Assembly: GCA_963777155.1 (NCBI GenBank)
Contig: CAVZPM010000012.1
Span: 1-27,402, forward strand
DNA: 27,402 nucleotides
Direction of reading: 5' to 3'
Source: Candidatus Bathyarchaeota archaeon
Lineage (GTDB): Archaea > Thermoproteota > Bathyarchaeia > Bathyarchaeales > Bathycorpusculaceae
Within the stretch, counting starts at the first letter, position 1; the number at the start of each line of letters is the position of its first letter. Shown here one piece after another: positions 8,869 to 20,137 of this stretch. The notes beneath the pieces were generated by a model. That model was given only the letters and a program-made list of their open reading frames with translations, was not told the origin of the DNA and made no database searches. The position numbers and the translations under genes were made by a program.

Positions 8869-11800
8869 CTATGATGGTTTAGAGCAAGGGAGAAGGTTAA
8901 CTGCAAGCCGCAGCAATTCCTCTTGCGATTCAAAAGACACTTGCTCTAGCTTTCCTATATCCATGCTGTCATTAGCAAAATTGACTACGATCTTTCTGCC
9001 CATGTTTCGATGCCTAAAGAATATGAATGTTTTGTTCACTTGTTTTCTTGCCATATCTATTTCTTTTACGACTTCCGATGAAAGGTTAAAACCTGGAGTC
9101 ATTATAAGAACAAAAAACTTACTTTCCTCTAGCGCTTTATCTCTGAACCTTGTCCATTCTTCTTGCCCTTCAACTATCCGTGGGATGTCTTTGCTATCGA
9201 TAAATGTATGTAATCCAAGTTCTTCTAAACCTGCCTTCAAATGATCGGCGAAATCTTTAGCAGAACTTTTTTTGTAACAAAGGAAAACTTGGAAAGGCTT
9301 CGAACCTGCGGTAATAGTAGAATGAGTTCTGTTTTCTTCTGTGAGTGTATTTATTCTCGGTGAGGGTGACGTTTTTGCTGTTGGTATTTGACTTGGATGA
9401 ACTGTAATGGTAACTGGTTCAATGGTACTTTTCTTTCTTTGACCTAAATCATCGTTGTAGATGATTTCAGGGCTTAAAGTGTATGTATCCGGCTTTGTGG
9501 CTTTAATGGTTAGAGTATAAACTTCATTTTTGAAAGCGGGGATTCCTTTGTTATCCATCTCTGCCGTATTATCTTTGAGATTTAAGATCGGGTTTGTTGA
9601 GATAAGGTTAAAACTTGGAGGTATCAAGCCCTCGATTTTTAATAGAACCGCTGGGTTTTTGCCTGCATTAGCAACGTCGAGCCTAAGGGTGAATTCCTTA
9701 TCAACGTGGACTGATGAAGGCACCATCATGGATGAAATTATGGCAGCATGCATCAATCTCTTTCCTATCATGTTGACGATGGTTTTTGATATTGCTAGCT
9801 GACGCATACCCTCTTCGAATCGGCCTTGCTGTAAGAGGGCGCAGCAGTACCATTGTCGAATTGAACTTTCAACGCATGTTCCTGGCCGCAGTTCATTGTA
9901 ATGTTCTATGCTCTCTTGGTAGAACTTGTTCGCCTCATCCCATTGACATTTGAAAGAGAAGAAGAGGGCTTTACTAAACAAGTACAGGCTTTTTTCAAGA
10001 ACAAATCTTGAGATCAGATTCTCGTTGAATATTTTTTCGAGTTTTTTTCTGTATGCTTCTGATTTTTCCAGTTCTCCAACAAAACAGTATTCTCTTGTCA
10101 AGTTGCCATAAAGTAAAGCTTGAATTTCCTGGGAACCTATTTCTCGAGCTAATTCAACGCCTTTTTCGCTCTGCTCTATGGCAGCTTGGAAGTCTTGTTT
10201 TTCTGTCTCGGTTAGTCTTATTGTGGGTGATAGATCAAATTCCATCTTCTCATAAATCTTTGAGAAGATTCTGTCCATTGTTTGGCTTTCAGTTAAATAA
10301 CTCGACAGCCAACACCGCCAAGCTTCGCTTTCACTTTTTCTTTTTGGGTCTTCTATTTTTTGAATGGTCTTTGACAAGTCGTCAATTATACTTGCAGTTT
10401 GTTTGCAGAAGCCGCACTCCTTGGCGACTACAAATGCAACGACGAGGCTTGAGAGTTGTTTTCCTAAATCTCCTGTTTGCTCGCAGATTGCAAGTGCTCG
10501 CAAAATTGAAGCTATTGCTTCTTCCGGTTGGCCAGTGCTTGAAATCTCTTGCTCTGATCTATACATGTAAGCCATTGATAATTCGTTTGATACATCAATA
10601 ATATCTGGGAGTGATTTCATTTCTTCGAAGATCTGAAGAGAGCTCTGAAGGTCTTCCAAGGCATCTGGTATATTTCTGCACCATGACTCAACCATTCCTT
10701 TGGTGAACTTGAAGCGGGCTACCTCGAGCCGATCAATATCTGCATAAGAAACAGGTTTTCTTACTATCACAAATGCAAGATCACAATTTCCATTTAATAG
10801 GTAAGCATTAGCAGCTTTTCGTGATGTTCGAACTTTGACGAGTTGAGACTTTGTTTGCTCGCATAGTTTTTCAAACACCTTTATGGCTTCAGCTATTTCG
10901 ACATTCAAAAAGGCATCCCCCAAACCCTCGGTGGCTTCTTCCCATTGAGAAATATGTTGGGGGTTGTCCTTTGTATTATCAATCACATATTTGAAGTGTT
11001 TAATAGCTTCCATGTTTGACATTGAAGCTAGAGCATTTTTTCCAGCAGCAAGCGAAAACTGTACCGCTTTTTCTTTCATATCTGATCGAGAATAATGGTA
11101 TGCAATTATACCAATTTCCGGGATCGAGATGTCGCTACTGTTTTTCTCAAGTTCTAGTGCTATTTTACTGTGGTATATCTTTCGTTCTTCATCAGGTATC
11201 TCGTCGTAGACTATTTCTCGTGTTTTTGGATGGTCGAATCGGTAGTATGATCCGTCGCGAACAAATAGTGCATAGATTTCTGAAATAGTCTGAAAAGCAT
11301 CAGCTGTTTCAATATTGTTTTTACCAGAAAGTGAGGATAAGAGAGCTACATCAAACTTGGTAGTAAGAATAGATGCTATGTTCAAAATTTTTCTTTGTTC
11401 AGTTGTTAGATTTTCTGTTCTAAGTAAAATTATTTTTTTAAGGTCTGTTGGCAAATTTGTTTTAGTAGTTATGGTGAACTCTTGGGTTTTTTCGATTGAA
11501 CCGTGTTGCTTTTCACATAGCATTCTTAAATATTCAATTATGAAAAGGGGGTTGCCGTGGCTTTCTTTATGTAGTTTCTGAGCAAAATCTGATTGAAGAC
11601 TTTTTCCAACCATCTGAGTTGCTAAAGAAGAAACTTCACCAAGACTTAGACCCGAAGGCAAAATCTCAACTAAATTTCCGCTGCCTTTCATCTGCTTAAC
11701 ATAGTCGGTTAGAGAGTACTTTTTTTCCTTGTTAGCTTCCAAGTTTCTGTTAGAAGTTGCAATAATCAAGAGGCGCTCGGAAAGAATTGAATTAGTAATA

Positions 11801-12345
11801 TAGTGAAGAAGCTCTAGTGTGGCCGAATCAGCAAATTGTATATCCTCAATGAAAAAGATTAGAGTAGTTTTTGCACATAAGGAGAGAAACGTCTCTTTTA
11901 CTGCTCTGAAAGTTTGATTCTTCCAGGTTTGTGGTGAAATTTCACCAGAACCGGAAGGTTCAATTGGTCCATTCAGCCAGCTGATTAGTGCTGAATTGCT
12001 GATGGGGTTCTCGAGGTTTAGTTTATTATCGGTTTTTTGTGAAGGAGCAACCTCTTTTTTCTTGGTTTGCGACTCAAAATAGGTGTTAAATGCCTCGAGG
12101 AAAAGATAGTAAGGTTTTCCCGAATCCTTCAAGCATTGACCAGTCAATGTTGTGATAGACACTCTTTCGCTAAGCGAGCCCAAAAAATGGTTAACTAATC
12201 TGGTTTTTCCTAATCCATCTTCTCCTGAAATGAGAATAATTCGTCCATGACTTTCAATTGCAAATGCCAAGGATTGCAGCAATTCTTCTAGTTCTCGATT
12301 TCTACCAACGAAAGCGGATTCAAAATAAATTCTGGATTTCACCAT
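8869..12345 (-). CDS. STAND-class (AAA_16-like) ATPase-TPR-Ig-like-TIR domain protein
   Basis: FVGRNRELEEL, Walker A GEDGLGKT, Walker B FFIEDIQFAD, GNPLFI, FDHPKTRE, TPR helices; C-terminal TIR VFLCY...FADHL...TFID...ALEESKFFVLIMTPGF..S.EVVKEI; ATG 12345 preferred over TTG 12435. Confidence 0.9.
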   Translation of the reverse strand: MVKSRIYFESAFVGRNRELEELLQSLAFAIESHGRIILISGEDGLGKTRLVNHFLGSLSERVSITTLTGQCLKDSGKPYYLFLEAFNTYFESQTKKKEVAPSQKTDNKLNLENPISNSALISWLNGPIEPSGSGEISPQTWKNQTFRAVKETFLSLCAKTTLIFFIEDIQFADSATLELLHYITNSILSERLLIIATSNRNLEANKEKKYSLTDYVKQMKGSGNLVEILPSGLSLGEVSSLATQMVGKSLQSDFAQKLHKESHGNPLFIIEYLRMLCEKQHGSIEKTQEFTITTKTNLPTDLKKIILLRTENLTTEQRKILNIASILTTKFDVALLSSLSGKNNIETADAFQTISEIYALFVRDGSYYRFDHPKTREIVYDEIPDEERKIYHSKIALELEKNSSDISIPEIGIIAYHYSRSDMKEKAVQFSLAAGKNALASMSNMEAIKHFKYVIDNTKDNPQHISQWEEATEGLGDAFLNVEIAEAIKVFEKLCEQTKSQLVKVRTSRKAANAYLLNGNCDLAFVIVRKPVSYADIDRLEVARFKFTKGMVESWCRNIPDALEDLQSSLQIFEEMKSLPDIIDVSNELSMAYMYRSEQEISSTGQPEEAIASILRALAICEQTGDLGKQLSSLVVAFVVAKECGFCKQTASIIDDLSKTIQKIEDPKRKSESEAWRCWLSSYLTESQTMDRIFSKIYEKMEFDLSPTIRLTETEKQDFQAAIEQSEKGVELAREIGSQEIQALLYGNLTREYCFVGELEKSEAYRKKLEKIFNENLISRFVLEKSLYLFSKALFFSFKCQWDEANKFYQESIEHYNELRPGTCVESSIRQWYCCALLQQGRFEEGMRQLAISKTIVNMIGKRLMHAAIISSMMVPSSVHVDKEFTLRLDVANAGKNPAVLLKIEGLIPPSFNLISTNPILNLKDNTAEMDNKGIPAFKNEVYTLTIKATKPDTYTLSPEIIYNDDLGQRKKSTIEPVTITVHPSQIPTAKTSPSPRINTLTEENRTHSTITAGSKPFQVFLCYKKSSAKDFADHLKAGLEELGLHTFIDSKDIPRIVEGQEEWTRFRDKALEESKFFVLIMTPGFNLSSEVVKEIDMARKQVNKTFIFFRHRNMGRKIVVNFANDSMDIGKLEQVSFESQEELLRLAVNLLPCSKPS

Positions 12346-12656
12346 TGGCGCTCGCTCTCGATTAAAGGCAATGCGGACATGTACTTTTTTATAGGGCGTG
12401 TAACCACAAAAGCTTTGTGATTTTATATTCTTCAAAAAGCTATGGTGTGCCTTATTTTGATTTTTCTAGGGTGACAATATTATTAGAAAAGCGTGCGTTT
12501 TGGAGAGAAGGAGATTATTGAGCAGTTATCTAGAGGAAAAATCTTTCTGATTGATGTATAGTACACCATTTAATGGATCAATTTTTGTCTCAAGAGTGGC
12601 GATTTGGCAAATCTTTTATATTAATTCCAAACATAGAAGAATCGGGGAGATTTTCA

Positions 12657-15162
12657 ATGCGTCTCTTTCTCTCTATATCAGGTTTAACTAGACTGATAGC
12701 TATTTTGTTGGTCGCTATTATCGCCGTTGGCGGCGTTGGCGCCAGCTATTTCGCAGTAACACAACTAACCGGGAACAATTCTCCGCAGACGCCCACTCCA
12801 ACACCTGCACCTTCGTCCACTCCAACACTAACACCCACAATTACGCCTACGCCAACAGCCACACATTCAGCCACCCCAAGGATTACGCCAGCACCAACGA
12901 GCAACGATGTACCCATAACCCCTATTCCAAGTACTCCTACCCCAACACCCATACCCACTCTGGACCATTTCGTGTTTAGCCCCGTAAGCACTCAAAGCGT
13001 AGGCGTACCGTTTAGCATAACCGTAACAGCCGTAGACGCATCGGGGAACACACTGACAAGTTACACTGGAACTCCAACCTTAACCTATTCTGCAGGCCCA
13101 ATAACCCCAAACGCTATGGGTGCATTCGTTGGCGGAGTAGGCTCAACTTCAGTTACAGTAACTACACCGGGTTCAGGAGTCACTATCTCAACATTTGACA
13201 ATGGTCGTTCGGGAACAAGCAACGCCTTCGCTGTTTCCCCATTGATTGTCGCTTCTGCAGGAAGCGGCGGAACCATAAGTCCAACTGGAAACGTATACGT
13301 CAACAATGGAGCTGACCAAGGCTTCACCATAACAGCTAACACCGGATATCATATTGTTGCTGTTTTGGTCGATGGTGCGTCTCAGGGATCTATTTCATCC
13401 TACACCTTCACTAATGTTCATGCATCTCACGTAATTTCAGCAAGCTTTGCCGTTGACAACATTAACACCTACAATATTGCTGCTTCTGCTGGCAGTGGGG
13501 GTGCTATTAGCCCGTCTGGAAGCGTAAGCGTTAATTATGGAGCTAGCCAGACTTTCACGATAACAGCCGACAGCGGCTATCATGTCAGTGATGTTTTAGT
13601 AGATAGCATCTCTCAGGGTGCAATCTTAACCTACACTTTCACTAACGTTCAAGCCTCTCACACAATAACTGCATCCTTTTCAGCTACTACTTTTACAGTT
13701 ACTGCATTTGCTGACGTGCACTCATCCATTACGCCAGTTGGAGCTGTGATTGTTAATTTTGGTGGTAGTCAAACGTTTACTTACTTGGCAAGTTCTGGGT
13801 ATTCTATTGCCAGTGTTTTGGTTGATGGAGTTTCTGTTTCAGCCACGGGAAGCTATACTTTTAGTAATGTTCAGGCAAATCACACGATAAGTGTTTCTAC
13901 ATCGGTGAACGTACAAACTATTACTGCGTCTGCTGGTAGTGGTGGCGTTATTAGTCCGTCTGGAACGGTAAGTGTCAACTATGGTGGTAGTCAAAGCTTC
14001 ACCATAGCTGCGAATACTGGTTATCATGTTGTTGATGTAGTTGTGGATAGTGTTTCGCAAGGAGCAATTTCCTCGTATACGTTCAACAATATCCAAGGAA
14101 ACCACACAATCACCGCAAGCTTCACAATTAACAATTACGCTATTGCTGCTTCTGCGGGTAGCGGTGGAACCATCAGCCCATCTGGAACAGTATACATCGA
14201 CCATGGTGCTGGCCAAACCTTCACCGTAACAGCAGATACAGGTTATCATGTTATCGATGTTTTGGTCGACGGAGTTTCTCAAGGAGCAATCACAACCTAC
14301 ACATTCACAAACGTAGTTTCAGCTCACACAATCATCATAAATTTTGCAATTAACACTTACATTATTACTGCTTCTGCTAGGTAGTGGTGGCTCTATTGTT
14401 CCGTCTGGAAGCGTAAGCGTCAACTACGGAGCCAGTCAAACCTTCATCATTGGCCCCGTTGTTCTAGATTACCGCCTTGTTGAAATGGTTGTTGATGGTG
14501 TTTCTCAGGGCGAAATCTATTCCTACACATTTACAGATGTAATAGCAGATCATACAATTTTTGCAAGTTTTTCAAACACCCCGGATACACCTACTTTTAC
14601 TTTAACGGCTAACCCTACAACAGTTGATGTCGGAGGACAAATCCAGCTAACTGGCACACTTTCAATTCCAAAAACTGGCACAATTACTCTTACCTGCATG
14701 ACTGGAGCAGGCCAAACTTTGTGGTCCGCCTCACGCACCCTAACCAACGGTGTATATACAGAGTCAATCAACGAGCCCGGTTCTGGTACATTCCAGTACA
14801 AAGTCTCTTGGCCAGGGGACGGAACAACAAACCCCGCTACATCCAACTCAGTAACAGTCACGGTAAACCCCACGCCCACCCTAACTGTCACTAGTCCGAA
14901 TGGCGGAGAGAGCTGGGCTAGGGGCTCAACTCATTCGATTACATGGTCGTCTGTGGGAAACGTTGGATCCAATGTTAAGATTGAGTTGATGCAGGGTGGA
15001 TCGGTATATTTTGTGATTACTGAAAGTACACCTAATGATGGATCCTTTAGTGGGACGATTCCTGCCGGTACGCCGGTTGGAGCAAACTATAGAATCCGAA
15101 TAACTAGCACGTCTAATCCTGCAATCACCGATAATAGCAACGCCAACTTCTCTGTCATATAA
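12657..15162 (+). CDS. Membrane-anchored surface protein: PT-rich linker, Ig-like domain, six InlB-B-repeat-like units, C-terminal Kre9/KNH-like domain; +1 frameshift at ~14379
   Basis: N-terminal hydrophobic helix; repeats I(T/A)ASAGSGG.ISPSG...YTFTNV..HTI.ASF; LTVTSPNGGESW motif; removing one base restores TASAGSGGSIVPSG. Confidence 0.85.
13245..14575 (+). repeat. Six intragenic tandem repeats of about 74-77 aa
   Basis: Unit starts near 13245, 13476, 13698, 13920, 14142 and 14364. Confidence 0.85.
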
Positions 15163-15702
15163 AAGTGCGATAATATTTGAAAGAAACCCATAAAAAGCCA
15201 CCAGAATCCGATAAATCCAACCTATACATATGAAGTCTGTAGAGTACATTGAGAAGAGTTTGGTTCCTGCTGAATATAGCCTGCGTCATTTTTCTTTTTA
15301 TTTCTCTTTTTTGCTTAACTCAGTGAACAGAGTGCGCTCGGGAGTAACCATTCGCGACGATTTTTTTGAAGCTGGCAACAATAGTAGTTGGTATGTCTAA
15401 ATAGCATAAAAACGCAAAAAAAATCAAATTAATTTCATGTAAACTGAACCTACTTATAACCCAAACTATTCATAGGTTTACAAGTAAATCTGCCTAAATA
15501 CAGATAAGACACTTAAGGTTCGTGAATATTAAGTAGTCCCTTTTTTGATTTGCCATGTTTTATATAGATAAAGAAAACAAGTAAAATATATCGGGAGTGC
15601 GTGATTTAATTGAAAAAGCCCGCTCACTAAATGTTTTGTTAACCAATTAAGGAAATACATTTTGATTATCGTATTACAAATTGCAAGAGGAGAGGCATTA
15701 AA

Positions 15703-18562
15703 TTGAAAAGGAGGTCTCTTCTTGTTTTCAGCATCCTAATAGTTCTACTATTCTCTGCTGTTACTTTTGATCCCTTGGGAAACAAGTACAAAATAGAAAC
15801 AGTGAAGGGAGACGAAGGAGGCACTAGTATAGGGACGCATGATTTCACTGCCTTATACGAGAAGGCCTACATTTGGGATGATCATGATAGCGGCCTTGCA
15901 GGTTCAGCAGGTGAATGGTATTTCCTCCTTTGGGGGCCATCAGATGCCAGCTCAGGCGACAGTACCGGTGAAATCGATGTAGACGGACCGCAAATGGTCG
16001 ACTTTCCTGATTTGTCCCGTACGTGGAGTGTATCAGGAAACGCAGTTCCGAAGTTTCATTTGTCAGCGTGGGAAGATGACACGCTTAATATTGAAATGGT
16101 ATGTGACTTGGATGTAGCGCGCTCAATTTTGGATTACACTCCTAACGCATGGTATCATCAATCTGAAAGGGTTGGAGACGTTACTTGTTATTTTGCCTTC
16201 GTAATAGAGAATGGCCAACCTACTGCGGCTGGTGTAGTTGGTCCCAGTTCAGGCTATAGAGGTGGAACTTATTCTTTCGACACGACAGCCTCTGATCCCA
16301 ACGATGATTCATTAACTTATGAATGGACAATTGATGGAGTAGCTCAAGTATCCACAACCTCGTCGATGAGTTACACGTTTCCAACTTGGTCCACACTTGG
16401 ATCTTACACTATCTCAGTGAGAGCAAAGGACGCGATGGGAGCATACAGCGATTGGGTGAGCAAAACTTTCACTCTTAATTCGCACGCCCTTCCTACCCTG
16501 TCAATTGATATCAACAACGGAGACGGTTACACGACCTCTACGGCAGTAACCTTATCTTTGACATACGCTGCCACCGAAGGTGCTACCGTAAGCGATATCC
16601 GATTCAGCAATGATGGCATATGGGATGTCGAGACATGGGAAGCCCCTGTTGCATCCAAAACCTGGACGCTCACAAACGGAGATGGCGGGAAAGATGTCTA
16701 CGTCCAGGCAAGAGATTCCTATGGAGCTCTCAGTAGTCTCTACGCTGATTATGTTCTTTTGGATCAGACTCCACCTACAGGTTCAATTACAATTAACGCT
16801 GGGGCTGATTCAACGTCTTCAACGTCAGTTACTCTTTCGTTGACTTTCCAAGATGAAACGTCTGGCGTCAGTCAGGTTCGGTACAGTAACGATGGAATAT
16901 GGGACACTGAAGCTTGGGACAATCCTCCCCTGCTTCCCTTAGCTTCTGAAGCTTGGACTTTGCTGCTCGGCGATGGAGCCAAGACCGTATGGTTCCAAGT
17001 CAAGGATCAGGCTGGATTGCTAAGCCCGACTTACTCAGACACAATTTACCTTGCTCTTTCTAAGGTTTCCACCCCAATGTTTAGCCCCACTGGAGGTACT
17101 TACTCTTCGACTCAAACAGTAACCATTAGCTGCGCAACGTCTAGCGCCACTATCCGCTACACAACAAACGGTGTTGACCCAACATCAACAACTGGAACAG
17201 TCTATTCTAGTCCGGTCTCAGTTCCAAGTACAATAACACTCAAAGCCAAAGCATTTGCAAGTGGAATGACAGACAGCGACACAGCCAGCGCAACATACAT
17301 CATCGCGGAAAAGGTTGCAACACCAACACTTAGCCCTGCTCCAGGATCTTATTCTACAGCTCAGTCAGTCACGATTAGCTGCGCAACTTCCGGTGCAACC
17401 ATACGATACACAACCGACGGCTCGACACCGACAACAACATCAACCGCCTACTCAACTCCAATACCCGTAAACAACGGCACAGTCATCGTTAAGGCTAAGG
17501 CTTTCAAAACCGGAATGGTAGACAGTGATACTGCCTCGGTAACATACACTGTTCTTGAAAAGGTTGCTTCACCAGTGTTAAGTCCTGGGGGAGGCGCCTA
17601 TTCTTCGACCCAGTCGGTTACAATTAGTTGTACTACTTCTGGTGCAACGATTCGGTATACCACTGATGGTTCTGATCCATCTTCAGCGTCTATGGTTTAT
17701 TCGAGTCCTATTCAAGTTGTATCTACAACAATTGTTAAAGCTATAGCGTTCAAGAGTGGTATGATAGACAGTGATGTGGCAACTGCGACTTACATGATTA
17801 CTTTGCCTCCTGTTAAGGTTGACACTCCCGTTGTTACTCCTGCGGGTGCCAGTTTCTCTTCAGCGCAATCCGTTACGATTAGTTGTTCGACTTCTGGCGC
17901 AACCATTCGGTATACTACTGATGGTTCGGAACCAACATCAACTTCTACTGCATATTCAAGTGCTATCGCGGTGAATAGCGGCACAATCACAATTAATGCT
18001 AAAGCTTTCAAGAGCGGTATGACCGACAGTGACACCGCATCAGCAACATACACCATTAACCCACAGAAGGTTGCTACTCCAAGTTTGAATCCTAGCAGGC
18101 GGCAGCTATTCGAGTGTGCAGTTTGTTACTATCTCTTGCGCGACAAGCGGAGCAACCATAAGATACACAAATGACGGCTCAGACCCAACATCATCCTCCG
18201 CAGTATACTCCAGCCCAATTGCAATAAACACTGGTACCACCACAATCAGAGCAAAAGCCTACAAAGACAGCATGACTGAAAGTGACGTTGCTTCTGCAAC
18301 CTACACAATTAACACACCAACTCCCCCGCCCACTGTAACACCAGCTCCGACTCCTAAGCCTACCCCGAGCCCAACACCAACACCTACGCCTTCACCGACT
18401 CCAACTCCAACACCAACCTCTGAGCCACCTACACCATTCCCTCAAGCCCAAGAGGCAATCTATAATCTATGGATAATTTTGCCAATAATCACAGCAATAT
18501 TTGTCGCTATAGCCCTAAGCGCTACCGTTGTGTACCTTAGAAGAAAGAAATCCGCGGATTAA
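15703..18562 (+). CDS. Secreted, C-terminally anchored surface protein with PKD/Ig-like domains and five chitobiase/beta-hexosaminidase C-terminal (Fn3-associated) repeats; +1 frameshift at ~18094
   Basis: Signal peptide; five V.TP..SP.GG.YS..Q.VTISC.TSGATIRYTTDGS.P units; PT linker, TM helix and RRKK tail; removing one base restores NPAGGSYSSVQFV. Confidence 0.88.
17065..18315 (+). repeat. Five intragenic repeats of about 250 bp
   Basis: Unit starts near 17065, 17314, 17563, 17818 and 18070. Confidence 0.85.
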
Positions 18563-18858
18563 CGAGAACAAATTAGCTAAAACCACTTTTTTCTTGTGGT
18601 TAGTTTAAATTAGAATTTTATCCTTCCAGCTAACTACTTCATGCTTAGCAGGATTACAATTTAGGGTAGTAGTATGTACGGAACCGAGTATGCGCGATAA
18701 TCTGAGATAGCGCGCAAGCAAATAGTTTGGTTGGAATGTATGTACTAGAAGCACATAAACAAGGCGGGAAATTGGACAGTAACCAAAACAGAACTGGATA
18801 AATATATGAATTCCGTTGGCAAACATGCACAGAAAACTTAGCAATCCCCCCTTTTAAT

Positions 18859-18900
18859 TCTCCACTTGTCGAATGGAGATTCAAATCCCAACCTTCTGCA
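18859..18900 (+). repeat. Degenerate copy of the tRNA-like/att-like motif
   Basis: TCTCCACTTGTC is identical to 20101-20112 and is followed by TTCAAATCCCA. Confidence 0.6.
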
Positions 18901-19283
18901 AAATGTAGCAAAGTATTGACTTTGACTTATACTCTTTTGAGCAGTATCATTGTTTCAGGTTATGATTATTTCAATCATTTCAGCTTTAGGTTTCTTCACC
19001 TGTTTTTTCCTTTACTGCAAAGATTCTTTTAAATCCCGAACTTGGAAATTGGGCAAAGTGCACATGAACGTCATTTTGAAGCTTTATCTAATTAGATTTT
19101 ATAAATTAGAGATTCACTGCAAAAGAAAAAAGAGATTGTGTGGGAGACGCGTTGTATGGATTGAAATGAAGAAATCAGCACTATCGCAAGTAATCATTTT
19201 AGTGGATACAGTTTCCTTGATGGCTACTTTTTATCCTGTCGATGCATAGTTGTCCTTTAATCAGGGCTCCACAAATACTGCAA

Positions 19284-19967
19284 TCACGCTAAAAGAGACT
19301 GTGAGTTTTGCTGAGGTTGAGCGGTTTTCTTTTTTCTGGTCATGAGCACAACGACGACTATGATAATGACGGCGACGACTGCGACGGCTCCGATGATAAG
19401 GAGCCACGGGAAGGATGTCAAAGACTCAACTGATGCTCCGCTGACGTCTATGCTGTTTATTATTGAGTTCACTTTGTCTTCGCTCTGGATTGTGGCGTCA
19501 TAGTAGGCGTGAACGTTAAAGTAATAATCGCCTTTTATGAAAACTAGCTCCGTTTTGTAGCTTTCTTCGTTGGCATCGTATCCTTCTGCATAACCCGCAA
19601 CTACTCCCGCAAAATTTGCGGTTCCACTGTCATTGAGTGAACGTGTGTCACTCACGTCGATTTCGTTAAACAGGTCTTCCGCTTCGGTTTTCAGTTGTGA
19701 GGCGGTGTAACTTGTAACCTGGGCTTTTTCGTAGAAGATTCTTACCACGTCGTAGTTGGTTTTCTCTGTGAACTCTAGCATACCTGCTCCAGCTGGGTCA
19801 TGTTCCGCGAAAGAGTCAGGGTACGCAGTTGAGTCTGTCTTTTCCCAATTGCCGTTGGGCAGTCTAACGGTTGGAGCGGCAAGTGTTGTTGCACCTTTGG
19901 CTAAAGGGATTGCAGATACAAGTAGCACTGCCAAAAGAAGCATCACTATTAATTGTCGCTTTTTCAA
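19284..19967 (-). CDS. Secreted protein with C-terminal TM anchor (possibly PsbP/DcrB-like fold)
   Basis: TTG 19967 gives KKRQLIVMLLLAVLLVSAIPLAKG signal peptide; DKVNSIINSI; C-terminal TM followed by RKKK. Confidence 0.75.
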   Translation of the reverse strand: MKKRQLIVMLLLAVLLVSAIPLAKGATTLAAPTVRLPNGNWEKTDSTAYPDSFAEHDPAGAGMLEFTEKTNYDVVRIFYEKAQVTSYTASQLKTEAEDLFNEIDVSDTRSLNDSGTANFAGVVAGYAEGYDANEESYKTELVFIKGDYYFNVHAYYDATIQSEDKVNSIINSIDVSGASVESLTSFPWLLIIGAVAVVAVIIIVVVVLMTRKKKTAQPQQNSQSLLA

Positions 19968-20070
19968 TTCTCTATTCCCATTTGTTTTGCCTAGCGTATT
20001 ATCCCTCAAACCATGGTAGGAAGAGTTCACTTTATAAAATTTGCGTGCGCTGTCTTCTTTTAATATGTGT

Positions 20071-20137
20071 GCGCAGAAAAAAGGGATTTTGTGGGTGACA
20101 TCTCCACTTGTCCCATGTTCAAATCCCATGGGTTTTT
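20071..20137 (+). repeat. tRNA-like/att-like motif with hairpin
   Basis: GCGCAGAAAAAAGGG...GTGGGTGACATCTCCACTTGT-CCCATG-TTCAAATCC-CATGGG-TTTTT. Confidence 0.7.

Noticed and set aside
4836-11581. Plus-strand ORFs within the KaiC/STAND cluster
   Set aside because: Antisense shadows of long, motif-bearing minus-strand genes
12746-18056. Minus-strand and alternative-frame ORFs inside the surface protein genes
   Set aside because: Shadow frames of Thr/Ser/Val-rich repeat genes
13245-18315. CRISPR array
   Set aside because: Repeats are in-frame protein domain repeats of 220-250 bp, not short repeats with unique spacers
18605-19249. ORFs 18605-18844, 18654-18911 and 18950-19249
   Set aside because: Atypical composition, weak starts and overlap with the att-like motif; no recognisable domain
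19968-20129. N-terminal 54-aa extension of the 19284 ORF
   Set aside because: Runs through the intergenic motif; the signal peptide begins at TTG 19967
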